Assembly (NCBI GenBank): GCA_011109175.1
Contig: RDEW01000014.1
Span: forward strand, 930,001 to 994,000
Length of the DNA stretch: 64,000 nucleotides
Direction of reading: 5' to 3'
From: Dicyema japonicum
Lineage: Eukaryota > Animalia > Dicyemida
In this document: positions 38,801 through 50,063 of the stretch, one piece after another
How the letters are laid out: each line of letters starts with the position of its first letter
Position numbering within the stretch: the first letter of the stretch is position 1
Program-made: the position numbers and the translations under genes
The notes under the pieces: model-generated
Seen by the model: the letters and a program-made list of their open reading frames with translations, nothing else
The model's database searches: none
Told to the model about the DNA's origin: nothing

Positions 38801-40273
38801 AAAAAACGTTAAATTCCACGTGTTTCAGTTGAAAATCGTTATAAAATCATAATTTTTTATTGAAAATGAGACTCCGATTTCTAAAGTTGCTAGTACTCGG
38901 AATAGCAGAAGTACAGTTCGTGAAATCCATAAGCGCTATATTTAAGGATATGGCTGCAATGATAAACATAAATCTGGCCGGGAAAAAATTTTGTCGGCAC
39001 GATATGAAAGAATTCTCGTCCGAAATTCTGTGTGCAATTCCAAAAAAACATCTAATCAGATCCGAACAGACTGTGATGTCTCTCATCTTGTCAGCAATAA
39101 TACTGTAAAAAGAATATTTCGTCAAATAATCTTTTCGGACGAGCAGCGGTCAAAAAACCATTGCTTACTGAGCCTCAAAAAACAAAAAGAAAATTGTGGT
39201 GCAAAACTAAAATACTCTTCGAATGGAAAAATGTAATTTTCAGCGATGAGTGTCGGATTTCATTGAGTATCGAATCGAGAGAATATGTTAGAAGACCTCG
39301 AGGATCTCGATTTGAAACAAAGTATACAACTAAGACAATTAAACATTCACCCTCTATAATGGTATGGGGTGCAATTAAAAATGATGGAAAACGAGTGCTA
39401 GTTTTATGCACTGGAAATGTAAATTCTGTTGAATATCAACGAATTCTTTCTGTTTGCTTTTTAAAATAATAAAAATTATCAAATAAAAGTAACATTTTTG
39501 CTTATCTTATGGATTACTTGACCTTGGCGGTAACATTTGCACGGGACTGTATAAACAATTCATTCGAACAACTATTAACTATGCAAGCCCTTGATGGTCA
39601 ACCTCTGCCTCTCTTACTTCTATTGACAAACTACAAAAAGTAAAAAGCATCGCGCTCAGGACAATTACTGGATGTCTCAGATCAACTCCTGTTGATCATC
39701 TACATTGTGAGTCAAAGATCCTCCCAATTGGAGACCATCTGGAAATGATAGCTTTGCAGTTCCTCTCCCAAACCTACAGCCTAGAACATCCTGCCACTCT
39801 CTATGCAAACCACAAAACAAAAGGAAAATTATTATGACAACCAGTGACCTGTCTCGAATGTTATCATCCATCCCTTCCAGCCCCAATGACAGGAGTCGTC
39901 TGAAACAGATACACGATTTTGTTTCTACGAGAAGATCCGAAGACTCAGAGACAGTAAAATACTACAGCGAACCCCTCTTCCAATAGACCAATCAATATCC
40001 TTTTTTCCAAGGGACGTCAGGGTGAACCTGGCTCGTCTACTATGTGGGCACCACCGATATTTACCAACATATGATATACTCTGTCATTTTTGCAACCTCC
40101 ACGTGGTGACAACAAATCACCTGTTTGAATGTCATGAATTAGTACAACGTTTATCCACAATGCCTGGACTGACCGATCTTGGGAGCGACCAGCAGCTGCT
40201 GCGTCATACTTAATAACTGCTGACCTCCTACAAGTTAGTGAGGTTGGGGTTACTTAACGAACTAACTAACTAA
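35860..40273 (+). mobile_element. Degraded Jockey/I-like LINE (APE + RT + C-terminal zinc knuckle), (ACTA)n tail
   Basis: MLQE, RGGGV, NIYIPP, GDLNAK, IIPILKPKKDP, DLTKAFD, QGSVLSPTLFN, YADD, CHFC..HLFEC. Confidence 0.85.
38536..39549 (+). mobile_element. Tc1-like transposon, internally deleted, inserted in the LINE
   Basis: TIRs of about 52 bp (CAGTCCCGTGCAAATGTTA...), TA TSD, WKNVIFSDEC and SIMVWGAI motifs. Probable intron near 38755-38785. Confidence 0.93.
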
Positions 40274-40309
40274 ATTAGGTATAAATTTTATTCTCCACAT
40301 AGTCTAAAT

Positions 40310-41048
40310 CAGGGGTTCTCAACCTTTTTTACTCGTATATGTTCAACATTATCTGTTCAACATTATCTGACATTTCGTTAATCCTGCAACGAATTGAATT
40401 ATTGCTAATTGGTACGGATTTTAAAATTTCGTCGGGATTTAAAACCGTCAGATCTCATAGAATCAATGATATAGATGGTTTGATGAAAGTTTCACCAGAA
40501 ACATGGGAACTTTCATTTTTGGCAATAATTATTGCAATTTTATAAGATGCTATTAGTGCTCCTAAATATAATTTAAAATAACAACAACTATTGTTTCTTT
40601 CATTACTATTTGCAAAAACAGTGTCAATCGTTTTTTGTTTACGAAAAAATCCTTTTAATCTTCAAAATACTCTAATGGTTTATCTTATTTATCCGAATGT
40701 TTTCTTTTTAAATGATCCAACAATTTGGACGGTTCTATTGCATCATTTGATAATGACTTATTACACAGTAAGCAAAATGGTCTATTATCAAAAGAATTTT
40801 TATAAATTTAAATATTCATTTTTATATTGACGAATTTTTATTGTAGAAAAACGACTCATACACTAAACAAAAACAATCATAAAAATTTTACAAATTTTAA
40901 AGACAAAGGTTTACCACTTTAAAAATAAACTAACTTAATTCAAAATAAAAAATTAAATATGTTAAATTTATTTTCGACCCCCTTACGATCGATCTGGATT
41001 GATTTTAGACCTCTGGGGGTCGAATCGACCCCAGGTTGAGAACCGCTG
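40310..41048. mobile_element. Non-autonomous hAT element
   Basis: TIRs CAGGGGTTCTCAACC and CAGCGGTTCTCAACC. Perfect 8-bp TSD gtctaaat at 40302-40309 and 41049-41056. Confidence 0.92.
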
Positions 41049-41166
41049 GTCTAAATGTTGAAACTAATCTCCCCAATGCCCTTCAAATTGACAAATTTTT
41101 CCTATTCATTTTCTCCAAAAATCAAAAGCGAAATAATAATGTTTTCAATTTTATGCTAATGATGAA

Positions 41167-42288
41167 TAGGGCAAACTAAGTTAAAAAAGTTAAAATTTAA
41201 TAATAGTAATAATAATAGCCTTTTTCACGGAGCCGTGGTATTAGCTCCGCATAGGCAGGACACACACTTTATTTAAGTAAAGGACAGTTAATTTTAACTA
41301 ATCGTGGAACCAAGGAATGATCTTCAATGTTAAAATTATTTTAACCTTATAATTTTGATTTAACCGCTTGGCGCCATGTGGTGCTGCGTGGTTAATTGGT
41401 TGAAGTTTTCTGCTTGCCTGTCTGTTCCTCCTCTCTCTTCCTATTAGAGTAGCGCCCTGTGCCAGGGCGGCACTAAAAAGGATCATTTCTCTCCACACTC
41501 CACTGGAGGGGTTTCCACAACTGAATGTAATGGACGTCTTACCTTTTATGCTGATTCCGGATTGACTCTGTTTCTGTAGAAGTGGAAACTGGATACACTT
41601 ATCAAAAAGTTTTTTGCTATTACAAATGAAACAAAAATCCGGGGCCAAGGATACGTTGCTGTGATGATTGGATCGTTAAATTCTTCCGAAAAAACATATC
41701 TGAAATCGTTTAAGGCGATAGAATCTGCTCCTAACAAGAACATCATTACTCAGATAGTCGACAGTGCACTTCGAAATAATTTGGTTCAAAGGGAAAATTT
41801 CCTTTTGTTAATTTCAGATGCTGCAAATTATATGAAATCAGGTAAATTTTTTGTTTTAGCTGGCAAAATACTAAAAAATCTTTACCCCAAGTTATTCCAT
41901 GTCACATGTGTCGTTCATCTATTACACAATTGTTATGAGAAAATGAGAGACTCTTATCCGGAAATTGATTTGAATGATAGATACTGTACAGCAGCAATTA
42001 ACAAGAACAATAGAAGAAAACTAATATTCAGAACATATTTATTACTCCTGAATTGTCAGCCAACTACGTGCTCGGTTGAAAGGTGTTTCTATGAGATAAA
42101 GAGTTTTCTAAGATCCAACCGAAATTTTCTACCAGAAAATTATGTAATTTGTATGTGTAACAAAAAGTTTTAGTGTTTTATTGTTTAGTTATAAAGTTAA
42201 ATTTTTGGGTTAATTTTTTTAGTTTTAAGGTTAATAAAGTTAATTTTTTAGGTTAATTTTTTATTTTTTAGGTTAAAAAATCGCCCTA
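41167..42288 (+). mobile_element. hAT-superfamily element (TAGGGC ends, DUF659/CGGBP-like transposase), internally deleted
   Basis: 8-bp TSD atgatgaa at 41159-41166 and 42289-42296. ISDAANYM, HVTCVVHLLH and CSVERCF motifs. Confidence 0.85.
41200..41525. repeat. Two SINE-like fragments inside the hAT element
   Basis: 41210-41310 matches 63810-63915. 41365-41525 matches the reverse complement of 48520-48700. Confidence 0.7.
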
Positions 42289-43214
42289 ATGATGAATAAC
42301 AAATATAACAATTTAGTGAAAAATGAAAATATTCGTAAACTTAACTGTTGTTAATGTGGAAATTACATAGAATAAAATTACTTATCTAGTAAAAAAGTAG
42401 TCGAATCAAAAATTGACAACAAAGGAGAAAAAAAATATTTCATCGAATGGCTGGTTACTGATTTTGAATTTTTGCATTTACTCTGAGGGTAATGTGATAA
42501 ATATAAGTGAAATTAACAACCATCTCAGATAGTTATTCATTCTCTCCAAAAAGTCAAAAGCTAAATAATAACGATTCAATTTCATGTTACTTATAATGAA
42601 TGTCAAATTTGACTATTCGATGAAAAAATAAAATTATCCGTAATCAATACTGATTTTAGTATGATAAAAACATTATATAACATTCTTATTTTTTGGAAAC
42701 AAGGAATTCGCATAAATTCTGAAAATAAATTCTCAACATCTAGGAGTAAGTGTTAGGGGAAGTAAATGAACGTTAGGATAAGTTCTTCTTTTTTAAGTGT
42801 TAGGTGGAAGTAAGTGTTAGGGGGTAGTAAATAAACGTGAGGTTGAAACAATGTATCCTCCATGATCAATAATTGCTTTCCACTAAAATGCGAAAGGTTC
42901 GTATATTTCATTTGAATATTTTGAACATGAGAAAAATTATGATAATAATCGTTACTATGTTTATGAGTTGTGGGAACCGGTTTTTTGTGCTCTTTAATCC
43001 ATCCTTGATGTCATAAATCGTTATGTTTATTAATGTTTGAAATTGTTTAATTTGTTTTCGTTTTGTGAAATAAATAATCGTTTTAATTTTATCGGCTTTA
43101 CAAGTCCGCTAATAAGCAAATATTATTTATATTAAATGTTACGTAATAAATTTTATGTAATTAATATTGAATAATTTATCGATTAAATAAATTACAGTTA
43201 ATTTTAATTTTTTT

Positions 43215-44375
43215 TTTAAACAAAAAATTTTTTTTAACAATTAAACAAATGTCAGTTGAGGAAGCCTGCTGCGTGGATTGCGAACGAGTTCCCTCGGAGT
43301 ATGGCTATTCCTATCTTTTGTCTTAGCCATAACCCTTCTCGTTGATCCCTTTTCTTTCTTGGCAAGCAATCCTCCGAGTTCTTGCAAGAATTCAGCCGTC
43401 ATTGGACCAACGGCTCCCGATGATTCAGTCGCAACAGGAGTAAATCGGTAGCGATCCCCGAGGCAAGAATATTTCTTGATTTTTATGTTTTCCGCAGTCG
43501 AAGCAGCTGCTCCAGGTGTCTGAACCGATTTAAAAATGTTCGTGCTTGAGAACGTGTCTATACAAGTTGCGTCCCAGACAAAAGATCTTCCAGACGTGAA
43601 GGGGAAAAGGGTCATCCCGTCAGGTCTCTTCCCATCTCCTCGATCAAGACCCACTGGTTCAAGCTGTGCTGGAAAGCCTGAAGCCTTCAGAGCTCTGACG
43701 ATCACATCGTTCAGAGCAGCATGACGTGGTCCCCTTCCGGCGCTTCTTCTGCAGGACAGCGGGTGCAATCCCTTCGCATCGACTGTTTTCCCTCATCGGC
43801 ATCGGTGCTCCTGGCAAACGTCTAGTCTCAGCTTTTTCCCGATTCCAATCCTCAAAGAATCGTCGTCCAAAAAGGTCCCGAGGTTTAGTCAAGGTATTGC
43901 ACCAAGCCATGCTCCACTCCCTCCACTTGAAGCTGACACCAAACAAGCCAGACGATGTTGATTTGCTTCTTTTTTAAGGTCTTCCAAAATTTTGGAGCAG
44001 ACAATGTTATCCCAATTACTTTGCTTTGTTGTGTCTTCGGGATTTTGAGTCCGGACCCGTTCCATTTCCGACAAGCTTCGTCAAATGACTCATTCCACGA
44101 AGTCCAATAGTGTTATGAAGGACTTGCCGTGTCAAATGGCTGCAGCTTGAGAGAGACGATAGATATGCCGGGTACGCAACCTCCAGCGCCGATCTTATTC
44201 CGACACCCCTAAATCCAGATGGAAGCTTACATTGTTTCCAACCAAGTTCGTCGAAGCGGACGTTAATTAGTGACTCAACAGTTTGCTTGAGAGACTTGTC
44301 TATTGAAAGTAGTGTCGTATTGTTCGTAGCAGGGTGAACATCGGAGTAGATATAAAAGCTTGGGTAGTCCGATGT
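43215..44375 (-). mobile_element. CRE-like retrotransposon, 3' half
   Basis: GAWLGAIP, HPLSCRRSAGRGPRHAALND, RPDG and WDATC motifs; A-rich tail. Confidence 0.9.
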
Positions 44376-45394
44376 TGTTAATTAAAAATGTTTTATTTAA
44401 AAATTAATTAAAAATGTTTTATCTTTACGAAGTTATAGATGCCATTTTTTTCATTTTTGATTTTAAATGCCATAATTGGTTTTAGTTGCCATAAATGCCA
44501 TTTTTACTTTTTAAAATATTAAACACGTGTATGAATAATATTCCTTGTTATTCCACTTTCAAAATCATCACGATTAACATTAAAAGAACTATATATGTCA
44601 GTTTGAATAATAATTTTGGGTTCTAATTGGGATCAGGTTTCCAAAATTTTAGCTTATCTGAAACGTTTGACAACATTTGGAAGTCGACGTCTGTAAAGCT
44701 CATTGGGTCTTCCGTAGATCTCCGTTGCTATCTTGAGAGATAATGCTGCATCAATGTATGTTCGCGTGGGTTAATAGTTAGAATTACATTAACTAAAAAG
44801 TGTTTAATAATAAAACAGACACATCCGTGTAAAGTATGTTATTCTTTATTTGATGGCATAAAACTAAATCACAAATATGAAGATCGAGGAAATGCAAAGG
44901 AGAGCTTTCAGAGTTACGAACATCGAACCGGACCGATTCCTTTGGAGGCCTTTATGCGACTTGACTTTAGAATGCGGACCCGTAAATTTAGTTAGCCGCC
45001 CAGTACAATCATGTGCGTACACGAAGGAGGAACATTAAGCCAAGATGAGGTCTCTAATTGAACACATCGGGATCACGTGATAATTAGTTTGGTTTAACGT
45101 GGTCTTGGAATGTTAAATAATAATACCACAGGAATAACTTGAGATACCTTGGTGTAAATACTGGTATCAAGAGACCATATTAAAAAACATTTTGAAAAGT
45201 ATGAGTGTGCAAAATAGTGAAAGGATGAATGAAGCTGTATTAATTTTTCGATTTTTGTGAGTCTTATTTTGATCAACTTATACCTGGTACGGTCTTTCGT
45301 TTGTAAATAACCACCATAATTTCTATCAATGACACAAAAACCCCATTATAAATAATAAATTTTCACTTAAAAGAAAATTAGACAAATTTAAAAA

Positions 45395-46274
45395 TCATGA
45401 AATTGCACGCAGAGCTCCATCCAAACGAATAACTTGTCCATTTATCATTGGATTTTGTAGTACACTCAAGACTAGTCTGGAATAGTCAATCGGTTGAACT
45501 TCCCGTTTAGGAAATGGTATTTGTCGCACAACATTCAAAATAGCCTTTTTGGGGATGTCTGTCTCTAAATTCCTGGATATACCTTAATTAAATCAACGAA
45601 ATGGTCACCCATAGAAAGTGTAAGAACCCGAATTCCGTAAATACCAAATTCCCGAGCCATAGGAAGGGTCATTGAGTTAACCGCTCCAGAACAGGCAGCA
45701 GATGCGATTTTACCGATAATCCCGTCGAAACCAGACGTGCTGGAGGTATGAATAATGACTCCTCTTTCACCAGACATATTGGTTGTATTTTCTGACATCA
45801 TCTTAGCGGCAATTGAAGAAATAGAATAAGCAGCAACTGAGAAATCCTGTCACTCATAATATATGCTTTACAGATAACATTTTATGAAACTTGCTAGCGT
45901 TACTTTCTAGTTTTTGAAATGATTCAAAACTGTTAGACACAAAATTTTGACAATCCACGTTTGTGTTGATCACATAATTGAGTGAATTAAAGTCATTTTT
46001 AAAATTTTTCATAATACTTTCTATGTTAAGGTGGGTGGTATCCTAAAAGTGAAAGCATAAATAATACATTAAGGGTATAAAATTTAAAGGAATCTGTGAA
46101 TTTATCGGTCTTGGAGATCTTATTAAAATTTTCTTGTAAATCACAAATACCGACATTGCATTTTAAAAATTTTAATATTCTAGCAGTTGAAAGTCCGAAA
46201 TCATTAGTTCCAAAAATAAGAGCGGTTTTACCCTAAAATTATTTTACATCACAAACGGCAACTGAAACCGACAT
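45395..46274 (-). CDS. HSD17B10: HSD17B10/SDR5C1-like short-chain dehydrogenase fold lacking catalytic residues; 5 exons
   Basis: GERGVIIHTSS, MTLPMARE, GIRV, IPFP.R and NPMINGQVIRLDGALR. The ORF is open after removing four 24-26 nt introns. Confidence 0.88.
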
Positions 46275-46599
46275 AGGGCTGAATAATAATTTAAATTTTA
46301 TAAAATTAAAAATAGATTTTTAAAAAATAAAATTAAAATACCCAGTGTATTATAAGAATTCATATAAAAGGTCTGCCGAAGGATAATTCCTACCATCCAT
46401 AGATTTGTATTTGATCGGTATAGTTAATTGATTTGGTGGAGCATTGGCTCTGACAGCCCAAATCTTCCTGAAATAGAGTCATAGTCCACATTCAGTGTTA
46501 TGGTCTGTCGGTAAATTTTTTGATTGGATTCTTCTAGATGGGCTTCTATTTGAGTGGATTCCCCCTTGGGGCAATAAGAAATTCAAAGGGAACGTTTAT

Positions 46600-48359
46600 G
46601 AGTAAATCGTTTATCGGGGGCGTTTTTAATTTCAAGGGGGCGATAATAAATTATTCGTAAAATTTATATCATACATTCAATTAATATAATAGAATTTCAG
46701 TATGGTGAACTTGTAATTTTAAATTTATTATTCAACAATTACCTTTTGCTCGAATGCTTGAAACTGATACAAAGGGGAAATCAATGTTCGACAAATTCCA
46801 TGAATTTCTCTGTCTTACAGATGTACCATTAACAAATATAGTTGCATGTGCAACTGATGGGGCACCTTCAATGATTGGTCGCTATCGCGGTTTTATGGCA
46901 TACTTAAAACAACACGTACCAATGTAATGAATATTCATTTCGTGATCCATCGACAGCATCTGGTGGCTAAAAATACAAATGGTCGTCTACATGACTCTCT
47001 CAATACAGTTATTTCTGCTATTAACAAAATTAAATCCAACTCTTTAAATTCACGTCTTTGTCGAGAGCTATGTATTGAAAATGATAAAGATTTTATACCA
47101 CTATTAATTCATACTGATGTACGGTGGTTATCAAAGGGCGACTTTTTAGCGCGGATTTTATCTCTTTTCAGCACTGTTGTAGAATTTCTCAAATCGTCTC
47201 AAATTGACCCGGAACTAGAATCCGTTAAACATTATTTGGCTTACATAGCGGATATTTTTGCTAAGTTTAATGAACTTAATGTGAAATTACAATTTGCTGA
47301 TATTAATTTAATCAAGGTATTATGCTGGAGGGGTTACTAAGAATCCCTTGAACTTCCAAAATAACAAACACCGATGTACTCAAACAGGTGGAGACGAACA
47401 TTTCGCTAGAAGTAAGAATCGTAAAACACAGATTGACGTTCTTTTCGCATGTTGTCCGCTCTGACTCCCTGGAAAGAACCATTATGCTGAGCAATATTAC
47501 TGGGAAGAGAAGACCTGGTCGACCGAGGACTCGGTGGCTATCCACGGTGGAAGACGTCACGGGAATGCCTATATCAAGGCTACTCTAAATTGCAACGGAT
47601 CGGGGAGAGTGGAGGAAACTCGTTCATGAGATCTCCAAGGGTCGGACACGACTTAATTGGATAACATAACATAATTATTTTTTTAAATTAATTTAGGTAA
47701 AGTCACTTATTTCTGCTTTTATTTCGAAACTACCTTTATTTTGTAGGAGTATTGGCAGGAAAGAATTAATCCAATTTCCACGTCTCAACTGTCTTAAAGA
47801 CTTCCTTTCTGAAGATGATTTTGAAATTTATATTGAACATTTGATCACTCTTGAACAAGATATGAAGAGACGTTTCAAAGATTTATGTGAACTCAAAGTT
47901 CCAGATTGGGTGATGGACCCCTTTCAGAATGTAGATGACGTTGAATCTTGTCAAAAGGAACTAATTGTGTTAAAAAACGATTTTGAAATTAAACCCACTT
48001 TAAAAAACCCGTCATATCAAGATTTTTGGTTAAAAAAGATATAAAATATCTTATGTTATGGAAAAAATCAAAATTGTTTTTTATTGCTTTCCCCACTTCT
48101 TATTTGGTTGAGAGAGGCTTCAGTATTGTGTCACAGCTAATTACCAAAAGGAGAAACCGCTTGGACTTTGTTGAAAGAGGAGATTTACGGATTAGGCTTA
48201 CAAACATGAACCCAAATATTGAGAAACTTGTGTCTAACTTTTTGCAACATCATTGTTCACATTAATATTTCCAACTCGTATATAGGTTTTCCTGGTGGGC
48301 GATATTTTTTAAAAGTTTGTTAAAGGAGGCGATGACCTTAATAAGTTTGAGAACCCCTG
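46600..48359 (+). mobile_element. hAT Buster-type (SCAND3/ZBED-like) transposon, degraded; left end not defined
   Basis: ATDGAPSMIG, VIHRQHLVAK, VRWLSKG, PTSYLVERGFS and RGDLR motifs. Right TIR gtttgagaacccctg. Confidence 0.88.
47317..47672 (+). mobile_element. RTE/BovB-like 3' fragment inserted in the transposase intron
   Basis: FFSHVVRSDSLERTIML..GKRRPGRPRTRW; ggtcggacacgactta end; (ATAAC)n tail. Confidence 0.85.
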
Positions 48360-48413
48360 GTCTAGATTGAAAGGAATTTTCTTAACAAGTATTTTTAAAA
48401 CATTTAGCTGTAA

Positions 48414-48708
48414 TTTAATTAACTAACCCCAGATACATCGAGAAAGAAGTTAAAGAGACAACTAATTAGGTGTATCCAGTATCCACTGCTACAGAAACAT
48501 AGTCCACCCAACCTTGCAATTGTGGAAACCCCTCCAATGGAATCGGAGAGAGAAAATGATATTTTTTCGTGCCATGGGCGCCACTTGAGATAGGCGGATC
48601 ATGTGAAGTCACTCTAGTAGGAAAGGAAAAAGGAGGAACAGACAAAGCAAATAGAAAACTTCAACCAATTAGCCACGTAGCACCAAACGGCGCCACGAAT
48701 CCCAAATT
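48414..48708 (-). mobile_element. SINE-like non-coding insertion
   Basis: 15-bp TSD aacatttagctgtaa at 48399-48413 and 48709-48723. A second partial copy lies at 41365-41525. Confidence 0.75.
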
Positions 48709-48769
48709 AACATTTAGCTGTAAGGTATTTATGAAAGTTTGTTTAGCGTGAGTCGTGAAATTCATCAGT

Positions 48770-49290
48770 CTGTGGTATGTTACTCGAGAACACAGGTCCA
48801 ATTAAGAATCTGGGTTTTTCGAAAGGAGTTAGTCTTAGCGGCGAGGAGAACCTTTATATATCCATAGTGACTGTTGGTTTAAAGACATTAATCTTCTTCA
48901 GATTTGTATCTGACAGGATACCCAGTAACTTGACAGTTTGTGGAAAGGATTAAATCTCCATTAAAGGTAAGAAAGGTGAAGATCTTGTTGGTCTTCTATT
49001 TGAAGTAAATATCACCATGCAAAACATTTCAATGCTTGTGTATAATAGATTCCTCACAAGCCAACTGATGGCCTATTAAATCTTGTACACGGGGATCCGA
49101 GTGTGAACACACTGGTCTTTCGCTGTGATGATTATATCGTCAGCATAAGCGAGAACCAAAGTATCGTCGCTAGTATGAGAGGGCATATCGCTTAAAAGAA
49201 GGTTGAATAAAATGGGTGACAGAGGATCCTCGTGGGATCCCGTATGACAGAAATTTAGTGACAGACCCTTTCTCTCCGTCCGTTAAGGAA
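48770..49290 (-). mobile_element. Jockey-like RT remnant
   Basis: LSPILFNL, LAYADDI and KLLG fragments. Confidence 0.65.
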
Positions 49291-49448
49291 ATTTGCAATT
49301 CAAATTTTCAATTTGTTTGGAATGTTTGAGACAAAGATCTTCCTTGTAAGTAATTAAAACAGTTTTATTTGGAATTAACTAATTTGAAATTTTTTGATTT
49401 AATTTATTACATTTAATTTAATTAAAAAATATTAAATTTAAAAATCCA

Positions 49449-49866
49449 ATGTGCGTCCAGATGGAAAAGTCATTTGTACATGTTATGTTTAATTTCTAAA
49501 AACTAGAAAACCGTATTTTTCGGAAAAGAAAAAATTAATATAATTATTCAGAAATTTAACAACGGGTATTTTATAACAATAACCAGCACTGAAAAAATAT
49601 CTCACATTGTATGAAATGATTAAGTCATTACTAGGCAAAACGGACTCCAAACGTAATTTTCAACAACGATTATGAGGTATCGATTTTATTTGGGTCAAAA
49701 ACAGTATTTTAAATTATATTCATTTTAGCCTGATTTAATGGCATTTTTGGACAGCATTTCTGATGGTTTGTGCGTGCCTGCTTTATTCTTTATTGGATTA
49801 CCTAATTTCTATGATGGGAAATTGATAAAAGCTGTTGGACCAATTTTAGTTGAATTAATTAATTAA
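49449..49866 (+). CDS. Small 4-exon gene (~114 aa), possibly proteasome assembly chaperone 3 (PAC3/PSMG3)-like
   Basis: Three phase-0 GT-AG introns (24, 26, 25 nt) give an open frame. Pattern F.N.YFITIT..K...YEVSILFG and the size recall PAC3. Confidence 0.55.
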
Positions 49867-50063
49867 TAAATTGATTTTATATTAATTGTAATAAATAATA
49901 AATTTAAATACATATATTTATCTTATTGGTGAACCCGATAATTTAAAATAAATAGACAGTATTGTACATTAAAAGGTGTGGTTGGTTTTTACCATTCCTA
50001 TTGCGGGCTTATTAGATAAGGACAATTTCAGATAGCCAGTTTATGATTCTTTTAATATATAGA

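Noticed and set aside
42740-42845. Telomeric TTAGGG array
   Set aside because: Only scattered variants within a degenerate 15-30 bp repeat.
48740-48800. Hammerhead ribozyme (minus-strand CTGATGA)
   Set aside because: No stem II and GAAA at the required position.
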